From: Nitrosopumilus sp.
GTDB lineage: Archaea > Thermoproteota > Nitrososphaeria > Nitrososphaerales > Nitrosopumilaceae
NCBI GenBank assembly: GCA_965218785.1
Contig: OZ244650.1
Span: 160,001-224,000, forward strand
Direction of reading: 5' to 3'
Length of the DNA: 64,000 nt
Shown here: positions 28,460-38,580 of the stretch, piece by piece
How the letters are laid out: the number at the start of each line of letters is the position of its first letter
Numbering within the stretch: position 1 is the first letter of the stretch
Translations under genes and position numbers: made by a program
Notes under the pieces: model-generated
The model's input: the letters and a program-made list of their open reading frames with translations, nothing else
The model's database searches: none
What the model was told of the DNA's origin: nothing

Positions 28460-28879
28460 ATGAAATTCCTGACTGAACATCTGACATTCCATATCAAGAC
28501 ACGAAGGGCATTTGTCAATATTACTTTTGATGTTGAAAAACTCGTTGCAAAAAGCAAGATCCGGGAGGGGCTCTGTCTTGTAAATGCAATGCACATAACT
28601 GCCAGCGTCTTCATAAATGATGATGAGGGCGGACTGCACAATGATTATGAAAAATGGCTCGAGGGACTTGCGCCACACGAGCCAGTTGATCAGTATGATC
28701 ACAACAAGACCGGTGAGGATAATGCCGATGCCCATCTAAAACGGCAGGTAATGGGACGCGAAGTCATAGTTGCCATTACCAACGGCAAGCTGGATTTTGG
28801 TCCCTGGGAGCAGATCTTTTACGGTGAATTTGATGGAAAGAGACCGAAAAAAGTCCTAGTCAAAATAATCGGTCAGTAA
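28460..28879 (+). CDS. yjbQ: YjbQ / UPF0047 secondary thiamine-phosphate synthase-like protein
   Basis: [36 protein letters not shown]. Confidence 0.92.
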   Translation: MKFLTEHLTFHIKTRRAFVNITFDVEKLVAKSKIREGLCLVNAMHITASVFINDDEGGLHNDYEKWLEGLAPHEPVDQYDHNKTGEDNADAHLKRQVMGREVIVAITNGKLDFGPWEQIFYGEFDGKRPKKVLVKIIGQ

Positions 28880-28885
28880 TTCTTT

Positions 28886-29050
28886 TTATCCAAAATCAAC
28901 ATCACGTTTTTGACTTTGTGATTCGTTCTGTCTTGCAGATGCCCTGAACTCCTCGTCATGATTTTGGGGCCCGTGTCCGCATTTTACACATGCTATCTTG
29001 AATCCGTCATCGTGTTTTTCATACGTCTCGCATCCGCAAAAACATGCCAT
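28886..29050 (-). CDS. 54-aa putative zinc-finger protein (CxCxC...CxxCGH...H), absent from ORF track
   Basis: Manual translation MACFCGCETYEKHDDGFKIACVKCGHGPQNHDEEFRASARQNESQSQKRDVDFG; 32 bp downstream of and co-oriented with the DtxR gene. Confidence 0.7.
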   Translation of the reverse strand: MACFCGCETYEKHDDGFKIACVKCGHGPQNHDEEFRASARQNESQSQKRDVDFG

Positions 29051-29082
29051 ACTTGACACAGTATCCCCAGATGATATATCTC

Positions 29083-29574
29083 TTAGGATGAAACGGCAGT
29101 CCCGTCGTCTGGGCTGCTACTGCTGCCGGATTTGCCGCAGCATTCGCCGATTGGAATATCATGCTCATGCGGACATTTTCTTGGATGTTTTAGCATCGTA
29201 CACAACGCATCTGTAAACTGCTTGTTCATGTGATGCTCAATTCCACACACCATCTCCTCATCAATTTCCACCTTTAACGCGCTGTCCATGAGAACCTCTA
29301 ACAGTCTGCTGTTTCTCATCATGCTTGCCCCGATCCTCTGTCCCTCTTCTGTGAGTTTTACTCCCGCCTTGTTGTAATTGACCAGGTTTTTACCGTCTAA
29401 CTTTTTTAGCATTTGAACCACGCTTGGCTGTCTGACATTGAGCATTTTTGCAATGGTGCTGATTTTTACATCCCCTCCCCTCTCTTTGATGTGCCAGATC
29501 GCCTTTAGGTACATCTCCACGTGTTCTGCCTCTGCTGTTCCCACAAACAGGATCTCATCATTTGGTATGTCCAT
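29083..29574 (-). CDS. DtxR/MntR-family metal-dependent transcriptional regulator
   Basis: EMYLKAIW HTH start, PSVVQMLKKL, RLLE, CGIEHH, CPHEHDIP. Confidence 0.92.
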   Translation of the reverse strand: MDIPNDEILFVGTAEAEHVEMYLKAIWHIKERGGDVKISTIAKMLNVRQPSVVQMLKKLDGKNLVNYNKAGVKLTEEGQRIGASMMRNSRLLEVLMDSALKVEIDEEMVCGIEHHMNKQFTDALCTMLKHPRKCPHEHDIPIGECCGKSGSSSSPDDGTAVSS

Positions 29575-29575
29575 A

Positions 29576-30346
29576 CTATACCTTCCTCGAGTCTTTTAAT
29601 AAATATTCAAAGTATTGCCTCGCAAATCCTGCCAGACCTGCGTGATCTGCCCAGATTGCAACAACATCTGATGGTCCCTCACCCCCCATCTCCGGACCTA
29701 GCAGGATCACGACATATTTTTTATCCGATATTATGCCTCCTCCAAACAGCCCCTTTTTGATCTTCACTGTTGCGACTCTTTTGATTGCCTTGACATACTC
29801 TTTGTCCATCTTATCTGACGTGAGTACCGTAATATCCACGCCCTTGTCATGAAGCAGCCTTAATTTTGGCAGTGCCTGCTTGACTAGCTCCTCTCCTGCC
29901 TCAGGCAGCGCGATCATTACTTCATTTCTGCAGGATTCGACCATCTCCAGAATCTTTGCAGCGATGTTGATCGCCCCTGAGAGTACCCAGATATCCGGCT
30001 TTTCACTAGTTCCACTCTTCTCATATAACGGAACCAGCTCGTTTAAAATTATACTTTGATTCTGCCGAAAATCGCCCTCCATCCTCTGTTTTGTAGTATC
30101 CAGCCCCGTTGATGGGGATTTTGCAAAGTATTTTGTAGGTCTAGATTCATCTGAACCAATCCAGCTCTTCTCCTCGAGTGTTCCTAGCACCTCATAAATT
30201 TTTGAATATGGCACGCCTGACTTTTGGCTCAGTTCTGAGGCTGTCAGTTCCCCTGCCTTTAGTAATGCCGAAAATGTCCTGATCTCATAACCTGTAAGGC
30301 CTACTTTTTCCAATGCTTTTCTTGTTTTGTCCGATATGCTGCTCAT
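29576..30346 (-). CDS. TrmB-family transcriptional regulator
   Basis: GLTGYEIRTFSALL...SGVPYSKIYEVLGTLEEK wHTH plus PLD-like effector domain. Confidence 0.9.
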   Translation of the reverse strand: MSSISDKTRKALEKVGLTGYEIRTFSALLKAGELTASELSQKSGVPYSKIYEVLGTLEEKSWIGSDESRPTKYFAKSPSTGLDTTKQRMEGDFRQNQSIILNELVPLYEKSGTSEKPDIWVLSGAINIAAKILEMVESCRNEVMIALPEAGEELVKQALPKLRLLHDKGVDITVLTSDKMDKEYVKAIKRVATVKIKKGLFGGGIISDKKYVVILLGPEMGGEGPSDVVAIWADHAGLAGFARQYFEYLLKDSRKV

Positions 30347-30384
30347 TGATATAATCGATCAGTTTTCGTATTTAAACCAGCAAG

Positions 30385-30408
30385 CGTGTGCCTCCTAAAT
30401 TCCACACG
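30385..30408. promoter_or_regulatory. Inverted repeat CGTGTG-N12-CACACG in the divergent trmB/tes promoter region
   Basis: Seen directly between two TATA-like elements (~30369-30376 on -, ~30428-30434 on +); function inferred. Confidence 0.35.
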
Positions 30409-30461
30409 GGGCAAGGTATGAAAGGCATTATATACCAATCAGGAAAAAATCCTGTATAGGC

Positions 30462-32126
30462 ATGGCATTAATTCAGATATCCAATCAATCGACTAAAAAT
30501 CTGGGCAAAAAATCCACCATTAGATTTACTCAAAGTATCTGCCCGGACTGTAATATGATCCTCGATGCCGAAGTATTCGAGCGTGATAACCAGGTGTTCA
30601 TGTCCAAAGTCTGTCCGACCCACGGCGAATGTGAGGAATTATACTTTGGCTCTTATCAAATGTACAAGAAATTCAGTACGTACTGGATGGACGGAAAAGG
30701 CATGCATGCTCCAAATGTCATGATTGACAAATGCTCCTGTCCAAACAACTGTGGATTATGCTCAAACCACCTCTCTCACAGCGGTCTTGCAAACATGATT
30801 GTAACTAATAGATGTGATTTAACATGCTGGTACTGCTTTTTCTATGTAAAAAAGGGATTGGAGGGTGCATACATGTACGAGCCGGATCACACACAAGTCA
30901 GGGCAATGATGAAGACCCTGAAATCTGAAAGACCGATTCCTGGAAACTCGATGCAGATTACCGGCGGTGAACCGATGCTTCGAGAGGATATCTCCGATGT
31001 TATCAAGATAATGAAAGAGGAGGGTGTCGACCATATTCAAATGAATACAAACGGTATCAGACATGCCATGGATCCAGAAGCTGCAAGAGAGGTAAGACTG
31101 GCAGGATGTAACAATCTTTATCTATCTTTTGACGGTGTAACTGCAAGAACAAATCCAAAAAATCACTGGGAGATTCCATATGCACTTGATAGTTGCAGAA
31201 AAACCGGTACTACGGTGGTGTTTGTTCCAACTGTAATCAAATCAATTAATGATCACGAACTAGGCGGAATTATCAGGTATGCACAAAAGAACATGGACAT
31301 AGTTCATGCTGTAAACTTTCAGCCCGTATCCCTTACCGGAAGAATGGGCAAGACCGAACGTGAAAAATACAGAATCACGGTTCCTGACTGTATTCAAAGA
31401 ATCGAGGAACAGACAAACGGTGAAGTCACCGTTGATGACTGGTTCCCAGTCCCAAGTTGCATGCCACTAACTAATGTAATCGAGGCGTTTTCAAGCAAAC
31501 CCAAATACGAACTCTCAATTCACTTTGCCTGCGGTGCGGGAACATACATCTTTGAGGATGCAGACACGAAAAAGTTTGTTCCATTAACTAAATTCTGTGA
31601 CATTCAGGGAATGCTGGAATTATTTGAGGATAAAGCAGAGGAGATTCGTTCTGGTAAAAACAAGTACTTTACAATGCTAGAGGTTGTAAGAAAACTCAAG
31701 GGCTTTGTTGATTCCAAGAAACAGCCGGCAGGATTGGATCTAGCAAAGATGTTCGGTAATATCCTGATGAAGAGATCATTTGATTCAATAGGCTCGTGGC
31801 ACGTGAAAGGATTGTTCCTTGGTATGATGCACTTTCAGGACAAGTACAACGAAGACCTGGAAAGACTGCAAAGGTGTGATATTCATTATGTGACTCCGGA
31901 TCTTAGAATAGTTCCGTTCTGTGCATTTAATGTAATTCCAGAATGGTACAGGGACAGAATTCAAAAGAAATACTCTATTACCGTGGAGGAATGGGAACAA
32001 AGAGAGGGCGTCAAACTAGAAGACGGCCTATACCGGGGTCTTATGAGGCGCGGTGCCGGCGATGAACTGGCTGCAGGCTGTGCAAAGAGTCAGATGTTCC
32101 ATGATGCATCACAAGCTACAATGTAG
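30462..32126 (+). CDS. tes: Tetraether lipid synthase Tes (GDGT macrocyclase, radical SAM, MJ0619-like)
   Basis: N-terminal TQSICPDC...KVCPTHG, CPNNCGLCSNH, radical SAM CDLTCWYC, HFACG, C-terminal RLQRCDIHY...IVPFCAFN. Confidence 0.9.
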   Translation: MALIQISNQSTKNLGKKSTIRFTQSICPDCNMILDAEVFERDNQVFMSKVCPTHGECEELYFGSYQMYKKFSTYWMDGKGMHAPNVMIDKCSCPNNCGLCSNHLSHSGLANMIVTNRCDLTCWYCFFYVKKGLEGAYMYEPDHTQVRAMMKTLKSERPIPGNSMQITGGEPMLREDISDVIKIMKEEGVDHIQMNTNGIRHAMDPEAAREVRLAGCNNLYLSFDGVTARTNPKNHWEIPYALDSCRKTGTTVVFVPTVIKSINDHELGGIIRYAQKNMDIVHAVNFQPVSLTGRMGKTEREKYRITVPDCIQRIEEQTNGEVTVDDWFPVPSCMPLTNVIEAFSSKPKYELSIHFACGAGTYIFEDADTKKFVPLTKFCDIQGMLELFEDKAEEIRSGKNKYFTMLEVVRKLKGFVDSKKQPAGLDLAKMFGNILMKRSFDSIGSWHVKGLFLGMMHFQDKYNEDLERLQRCDIHYVTPDLRIVPFCAFNVIPEWYRDRIQKKYSITVEEWEQREGVKLEDGLYRGLMRRGAGDELAAGCAKSQMFHDASQATM

Positions 32127-32174
32127 AATCTTTTTTAATCCAATACCTTAAAAAGTCTGCAACTAATTTATTTT

Positions 32175-33203
32175 GTGAAAATTCTAATTATCTCACCTAG
32201 GTTGAAAGGAATCGGTGGAATCGCCCAGCACGTCCGGGATTTAATAAAATTTCTTGAGGAAAACGGTCATGATGTTGATATAATCTCTTCAGAAAACACC
32301 CCTATTATTCCCATAAAAAAATTAAGGAATCCCAGTTTTTTAATATCATCTTATTTTAAAGCAAAATTTATGAAAAATTATGATATTGTTCATTCACAAC
32401 ATCCAGTTGGCGCACTTGCCATGAAAAATGTTACCGGAAAAAAAGTTCTTACGATTCATGGTGTATACAGCGAACAAATCGGAATATTATATGGAAAAAC
32501 CAGTTCAAAATTTTCAAACAAATATGAAAAAAACGCCTGCAAGTGGGCAGATGCCGTAACGGCAATTTCTCAAGATACATTTGAGTATTATAGTAAATTC
32601 GTTCCCAATGCATATTTTATTCCAAATGGGATAGACATCAATTCGTTATCTGCTGAAACTGATACAAGATTTGAAAATCAAATAATTTTTGCCGGACGTT
32701 TATCAAAAGAGAAGGGCATTCTTACTGTTCTTGAAGCTGCAAAAAACCTTCCAGAAGACATTCATCTGTTGATAATAGGAGATGGACCAGAAAAAGGAAC
32801 TGTAAAAGAATCAATTAAAAAAAGTAAAAATATTCATTATCTGGGTTATCAATCCAAAGATAAAACCATCCCGTTAATTCGTGGATCCAAATTATTAGTT
32901 CAACCCTCCCTTGCTGAAGGGATCAGTGCGACATTACTTGAGGCCATGGCATGTAAAACTCCCGTAATTGCTACAAATCTGGGAGGAAATAATGAATTGT
33001 TTGAAAATGACAAGACTGGCATTCTCATCGAACCCAATAATTCTGAAGCGTTACTCAAAGAAATATTATTACTATTGAATAATTCTTTAAAACTAGGGCA
33101 AATTGCTGATAATGCGTTTAATCACGTCCAAAAATATGATTGGCAAAATATCGGAAAAAAATATTTGAATTTATATCAAAAATTATTACATTTAGAAACA
33201 TGA
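32175..33203 (+). CDS. Glycosyltransferase family 4
   Basis: GGIAQH, IPNGID, FAGRLSKEKG, PSLAEG...LLEAMA (EX7E). Confidence 0.92.
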   Translation: MKILIISPRLKGIGGIAQHVRDLIKFLEENGHDVDIISSENTPIIPIKKLRNPSFLISSYFKAKFMKNYDIVHSQHPVGALAMKNVTGKKVLTIHGVYSEQIGILYGKTSSKFSNKYEKNACKWADAVTAISQDTFEYYSKFVPNAYFIPNGIDINSLSAETDTRFENQIIFAGRLSKEKGILTVLEAAKNLPEDIHLLIIGDGPEKGTVKESIKKSKNIHYLGYQSKDKTIPLIRGSKLLVQPSLAEGISATLLEAMACKTPVIATNLGGNNELFENDKTGILIEPNNSEALLKEILLLLNNSLKLGQIADNAFNHVQKYDWQNIGKKYLNLYQKLLHLET

Positions 33204-33214
33204 TATTTTGTGTT

Positions 33215-33737
33215 TATTTACATTTCTTTAAACTGGGATGTATTATTCTGATTGCTTCTGATGTAGTATCTGATGCCTCCAAAAAACTGATCTGGGCACC
33301 TGAGGCAATTTGATGACTTGCTTGAATCTACAGGCATCTATAATGAAATTTGATAAAGAAATTTCTAAAAAGACATTTCTTGAATATCTGGAACTTGATA
33401 TTTCATCCATAGGTTAGAAAGTGACAAAAGAATTATCTGAGAATTGGGAACTATTTCTTCCATTTTTGTAGTAGCTGTAAGTTTTCCATTCTTTATTACT
33501 TGTTCAAAAATTTCTTTATATCTTGGCTCATCCTCTAATGGAAAGTCTTTATTTTTAATTTTATTTACCAATTCTTCATTAATATCAATACCAACTGTTC
33601 TTAGACCTGATTTTGTAAATGATAATGCAGTTGGCAAACCAATTCATCCAATTCCAATAACACAAACAGAGATTTCATTTTTATCAATGATTTTTTTTAT
33701 TTCATCTAGTGCTAATGAATTTTTTTTCTTGATCCAT
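33215..33737 (-). pseudogene. Degraded nucleotide-sugar (WecC-like) dehydrogenase
   Basis: VCVIGIG*IGLPTALSF has an in-frame TGA in GxGxxG; frameshift in an A8 run after the ATG; another frameshift after IILLSL; heavily truncated. Confidence 0.85.
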
Positions 33738-33841
33738 TTTATTTACACTCTGTTTTTGATTTGTAGCATTTATTTCAGTTTATTAATTTGTGCATTTTCA
33801 ATATTCTCAAGGCTTAAACATGCCTAAACATCATAATTTTT

Positions 33842-34765
33842 ATGAAATTTGCTGTTATAGGGGGTGGTGGGTTCATTGGAAGTCATCTAGTAAAATATCT
33901 AGTATCCAAAGAACATGATGTAACTATAATTGATAATATGTTTAGAGGAAGATTATCAAATTTAAAAGATGTTCTAGATAAAGTCAACCTTGTTAAGATA
34001 GACATTTTAGATTATGAAAAATTGAGGAATAACCTTAAAAATATGGATGGAATTTTTCATCAGGCGGCTCTCACTTCAGTACCTGAATCTTATGTAAAAA
34101 AGGATGAATATCAGAAAGTAAATGTTGTTGGAACTGAAAATCTTTTCAAAATTGCCCAAGAATTTAAAATCAGGGTTGTCTATGCAAGTAGCTCCAGTGT
34201 TTATGGTAATACAACCTCTGTTCCGATTTCTGAGAATTTTGAGAAAAATCCAATTAATCCATATGGAATAACAAAACTAGATGGCGAGAAATTAGCAGAA
34301 AAATATCACAAGGCAGGCGTGTCTATTATTGGATTAAGATACTTTAACGTTTATGGAATTGGTCAGACACCTGATTATGCAGGTGTTATCACCAGGTTTT
34401 TTGATGCAATTCATAATGACATGTCTCCGGTAATTTTTGGGGATGGTTCCCAAATCCGGGATTTTATTTCAGTTACGGATGTTGCTGATGCAAATTACAA
34501 GGCAATGACTGGTGAGACAAAATTTGCATTTTTAAACATTGGAACCGGAATTGCCACATCGATTTTTGATTTGGCAAAACTTATGATAAAGTTATCAAAA
34601 AAGAATCTAGAGATTACATTTAAGAGTCTGCCAGATGGTGATGTTGAGAAGAGTCTTGCAAATATGGACTTTACAAAACAAACAATTGGATGGTCATATA
34701 CTACACATCTTGAAGATGGATTGAGAAATTTATTCTTTAAAGATCAAGATTCTAGTAATTTCTGA
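33842..34765 (+). CDS. NAD-dependent epimerase/dehydratase (UDP-Glc/GlcNAc 4-epimerase-like)
   Basis: GGGGFIG, HQAA, SSSSVYG, YGITK, LRYFNVYG. Confidence 0.9.
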   Translation: MKFAVIGGGGFIGSHLVKYLVSKEHDVTIIDNMFRGRLSNLKDVLDKVNLVKIDILDYEKLRNNLKNMDGIFHQAALTSVPESYVKKDEYQKVNVVGTENLFKIAQEFKIRVVYASSSSVYGNTTSVPISENFEKNPINPYGITKLDGEKLAEKYHKAGVSIIGLRYFNVYGIGQTPDYAGVITRFFDAIHNDMSPVIFGDGSQIRDFISVTDVADANYKAMTGETKFAFLNIGTGIATSIFDLAKLMIKLSKKNLEITFKSLPDGDVEKSLANMDFTKQTIGWSYTTHLEDGLRNLFFKDQDSSNF

Positions 34766-35694
34766 TAAAATTCAATATATTTGGGTAACAATGTTTCCCA
34801 GGTTAAATTTTGGATTAAAAAATCAAATCCATTCTGACTAAATTTTTCAGTTATTTCTTTGTTATCTAAGAGCAAGTTTATTTGATTTAGTAATCCTTCT
34901 TCATTTTCTGGATCTATTAATGCCCCATTGATATTATCTTTGATCAACTCTGCAATTCCCCCAACATTGAATGCAATGACAGGAACTTTGAGATAAAACG
35001 CCTCCTTGATTACTTGAGGTATACTCTCCATTCTAGATGGTATAACTAGAATTTGTGATTCTTTTAATATCTTCATGGCTTCTTTCCATTTCAGATCCGT
35101 GCAATATACCACATTTCCATTAATTCTCGGTTCAATTTTTTTGAGAATGTCGATTCCTTTCTCAAAACTATCTCGTCCTATGTATGCTACCTGATTTTCC
35201 TTTTTTACGACATTTGTGATATCTTTGAATTCTTCAACATCTAATGGCCCATATAGAAAGTCAAAATCAACCCCGAGTTTTTCTTTGTAAGCATTTTTTA
35301 CCGTTTGTGAATCTGTAGTGAGTTTGTCTGCCCACTTTAGGACCTTTGACTCTGTAACGGACGCTATTCTTGCTGTGATACCTGAATGTAATGCATTTAC
35401 CTGTTCTGAATATACTCCATGAATTGACAACACTTTCTTTTTTGCATTGATCTTCTTCATTGCAAAAGCTGAAGGAAGGTTAAACGCATGAACAATATCA
35501 TATTTTTCTGTATCTAGTATTGCCTTGATAGAACTTGATATTGCAAAGCTGGGATTCTTTAGTTTTTTTATTGGAAGATGAGGCGCATGCATTAACTTTA
35601 TGTTGTGACCCTGCTCTCGTAATTTTTCTGCAACTCTTAGTGCATGACCTCCAATTCCACCCTCAAATCTTGGCGAAATAAACAAAATTTTCAT
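34744..35694 (-). CDS. Glycosyltransferase family 4 (paralog of 32175-33203)
   Basis: GGIGGH, PSRMESIPQVIKEA, NVGGIAE; ATGA overlap with the upstream gene. Confidence 0.9.
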   Translation of the reverse strand: MKILFISPRFEGGIGGHALRVAEKLREQGHNIKLMHAPHLPIKKLKNPSFAISSSIKAILDTEKYDIVHAFNLPSAFAMKKINAKKKVLSIHGVYSEQVNALHSGITARIASVTESKVLKWADKLTTDSQTVKNAYKEKLGVDFDFLYGPLDVEEFKDITNVVKKENQVAYIGRDSFEKGIDILKKIEPRINGNVVYCTDLKWKEAMKILKESQILVIPSRMESIPQVIKEAFYLKVPVIAFNVGGIAELIKDNINGALIDPENEEGLLNQINLLLDNKEITEKFSQNGFDFLIQNLTWETLLPKYIEFYQKLLES

Positions 35695-36884
35695 TCTTGC
35701 TTGTATCTCCATCTTTTTTTATAAATTAAATTTTCTAAAATTTTTGTCATAAAATTTAAAAATTTTGATTTGATAAATGAATTTTTTCTATTTACATTAT
35801 TAATTTTTTCATGAATTTCTTCAAACATCTTATCCCATATCATTCCAATTACATTAGGATCAGTTAATCTCTTTACAAACTCTAATTCATCTTCAAGCAA
35901 TTTATTTCTAAATTTTTCATCAGTAACTATTTTATCAATTATGAGTGCTAACTCTTGAGGATCTTTTGAATTAGGTAAAAATTTTGCATTACATTCCTCA
36001 TTATTGATTAAATATGTTTCATTATTATCGTTGTAATTCAATACTGGTGTTCCACATAAAACCGCCTCTCTTTCAATTGACCCATGCCGAAATCTCATTT
36101 GACCCATTACTGCATCTGCCCAAACGTAATAATTTGGAATTTCATCCCACTTGATCATTGGAATAAATTTTATTTTTTCAGGTTTATTTTTTATATATTC
36201 ATCCGCTATTTTATTTTCTTCTGATGTTCTTCTATCAAACCATTCTACTTGAAGTATTTCAAAATCTGATTTAGATAACTCAACGGCTTTCCAGATAACA
36301 TCCATTCCTTTTCCAAGTCCCTGTCTTTGAGGACTCAAAAAAGTAAACTTTTTTCTCTCTTTGTTAATTGGTAAATGTTTTTTAAAAAAAACCTCATCCA
36401 CTGAAATCATATCCATCCTGTATACGCTAGAATGATATTTTTTTAACTGATTTACGAATTTTTTACCCCCATATGTTACACATGATGTTGCTGAATTAAG
36501 AACTTGTTTTAAAAACCACCTTTCAAATTTATTTTTATTATGTATTGGTTCTTTTAAATATGGTGTTCTAGCATTTTTGATGAAAGGCTGTTCTTTTACA
36601 CTCCCTCCAACAAAGAAGAAAACATAGTTTACATTTGCTAAAAAAGCAACTCTTGCACCTTCCCACGAGGAAACAAAACATAAATCATATTTTATTTTTA
36701 TTTCATTGATCTTGTTTACTTGTTCTGAGATTAAATGTGATTTAAAAAATTCAACGTTATCTGTATAAGTAAATTTTGCAGCACCGATTCTTGGAAAATT
36801 TATAATGTCAATTTTAGAATTGGGAACAATTTTACTTAACATATAGGCATTATTTGCAGTATCGCCTATGGCTAAAATCCTCAA
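35691..36884 (-). CDS. Putative GT-B glycosyltransferase
   Basis: GDTANN N-terminus, KGMD, ADAVMGQ...GSIEREAVLCGTPVL. Confidence 0.7.
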   Translation of the reverse strand: MRILAIGDTANNAYMLSKIVPNSKIDIINFPRIGAAKFTYTDNVEFFKSHLISEQVNKINEIKIKYDLCFVSSWEGARVAFLANVNYVFFFVGGSVKEQPFIKNARTPYLKEPIHNKNKFERWFLKQVLNSATSCVTYGGKKFVNQLKKYHSSVYRMDMISVDEVFFKKHLPINKERKKFTFLSPQRQGLGKGMDVIWKAVELSKSDFEILQVEWFDRRTSEENKIADEYIKNKPEKIKFIPMIKWDEIPNYYVWADAVMGQMRFRHGSIEREAVLCGTPVLNYNDNNETYLINNEECNAKFLPNSKDPQELALIIDKIVTDEKFRNKLLEDELEFVKRLTDPNVIGMIWDKMFEEIHEKINNVNRKNSFIKSKFLNFMTKILENLIYKKRWRYKQE

Positions 36885-36913
36885 CCCAATCTATTACTCA
36901 AATTATGATATAA

Positions 36914-37298
36914 GAGCTTATGCGTATTAACGTAGGCCATTATCTCCTTCTCTGACATTGCCTTTACCGTACAGCAATCCTTCTTCACATATAGTTAATG
37001 TTAAAATATTCTAAAACTATAATTCTTCCTCTAATTCTACATTTTCATTAAATCCTCTTCTACTCCCAAGATCTTGATATTTGCTTTTTCTTTAATTTTA
37101 TTCATTTCCAAATTCACATTTACTCTATTTGCTGTTAATTGTAATTTTTTAGAATAGATTGGTTTGATTTTATCCTGGCGTTCCCTGTAATTTTTGGTTT
37201 GATAAAATTAATCTCAAATATTTGCATGCCACTACATATGATTGATGTCTGTTCACACATTTGAGATATGTAGTCTGGGATCGATTACGTATAAGCAC
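36914..37298. mobile_element. Inverted-repeat-bounded non-coding element (MITE-like), copy 1
   Basis: Left GAGCTTATGCGTATT versus right end reverse complement GTGCTTATACGTAAT; same motif family as 48773-48910. Confidence 0.45.
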
Positions 37299-37351
37299 CA
37301 GCATCTGAATCTATAGTCGAACTTATTTAATTCTCTTTATTTAAGATATTA

Positions 37352-37927
37352 TTGAATAAAAAAAATGACCCTGAATTAGAAACACTCCACAAACAACTTT
37401 GGGCATTATATAAGCAATTACGCTCTGAGAAATCCAAACAATGGAAACGAATCCTGCCTTTCCCTGAATTACTTTTTGATAGATGGGAAAAAGCCAAGTT
37501 CCTCAAATCAAAAGATGGTTCTAATGTATATGATTCAAGCTATATTTTTGGTGATGTATCTATAGGAAAAAATTCTTGGATTGGCCCAAATACTATACTA
37601 GATGGCAGTGGTGGCAAACTTCGTATTGGTAGTTTTTGTAGTATTAGCAGTGGTGTTCAAATCTACACTCACAACTCTGTCAAATGGGCATTAACAGGTG
37701 GAAAATCACATTATGAAAAGGATGATGTAAGAATCGGTGATCAGTGCTACATTGGTCCAAACTCGATTATTACAATGGGATGTAAAATTGGAAAGTGTTC
37801 TGTAATTGGAGCACACAGTTTAGTTGATACGAATATTCCTCCAAATTCAATTGCCTTTGGAACTCCTGCAAAAATTGTAGGGCATGTAAAAGTAAATGGA
37901 AAAAATGTTCAATTCAATTATGACTAA
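37352..37927 (+). CDS. Hexapeptide-repeat (LbetaH) acyltransferase
   Basis: IGKNSWIGPNTILDGSGG, IGSFCSISSGVQIYTH, IGDQCYIGP, GTPAK. Confidence 0.9.
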   Translation: MNKKNDPELETLHKQLWALYKQLRSEKSKQWKRILPFPELLFDRWEKAKFLKSKDGSNVYDSSYIFGDVSIGKNSWIGPNTILDGSGGKLRIGSFCSISSGVQIYTHNSVKWALTGGKSHYEKDDVRIGDQCYIGPNSIITMGCKIGKCSVIGAHSLVDTNIPPNSIAFGTPAKIVGHVKVNGKNVQFNYD

Positions 37928-38149
37928 TACATGAATTATAAAGAAATGATAAATTTTTAATTATAATTTTGCAAATAAAAAAAAATAATTGATAGAATAA
38001 TTGAATGGACAGAATACCCATTTAAAAAATAAACCAAAATTAAAAAATCATTTCCTTGCTTTTAAAAACTCTAAATATGTAAACCCTCAATGATATTCTC
38101 AATTTCACTATTAATATTAAAAACATAAAACAAAAATAAAATATAAAAA

Positions 38150-38580
38150 CCATTTGAAGAAAAATTGATAAAAATTAATTTCATACGTTCTGATAAGGAA
38201 TTTAATGATGCCATTAAACCAATTTATTTAGAAATAATGGATCTACATGAAAATGATCTTAAAATTTTTAACAAAAGATTGGTTCAAGAAATTGATATTT
38301 AAAGCGGTTCATCATCATCAAGATTGTGGATCCACAAACATGGGATTTCACATAATTGATGTTTCTAAAAATATCTTTTCAGTATCAAAGACATTACGAA
38401 ATATAAAAAACAAATTATTCCATCACACGAGCAGATCGAAATTTCTTATCATACAAAAATAAAAGTTTTGATGTTATTGCCAGTACTGCAGTTTTACATC
38501 ATTTGCCAAATACAAATATTTCTTTAAAAAAAATTAAAAATTCAATCATGCATAGTATAGCAAGAAGCATAAGTTTATGA
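38150..38580 (+). pseudogene. Degraded class I SAM-dependent methyltransferase
   Basis: Fragments in different frames: DCGSTNMGFHIIDVSKNI and KSFDVIASTAVLHHLP; boundaries approximate. Confidence 0.55.

Noticed and set aside
33644-33646. In-frame TGA as selenocysteine or recoding
   Set aside because: It replaces an Arg position (one base from CGA/AGA) in a gene that also has frameshifts and deletions.
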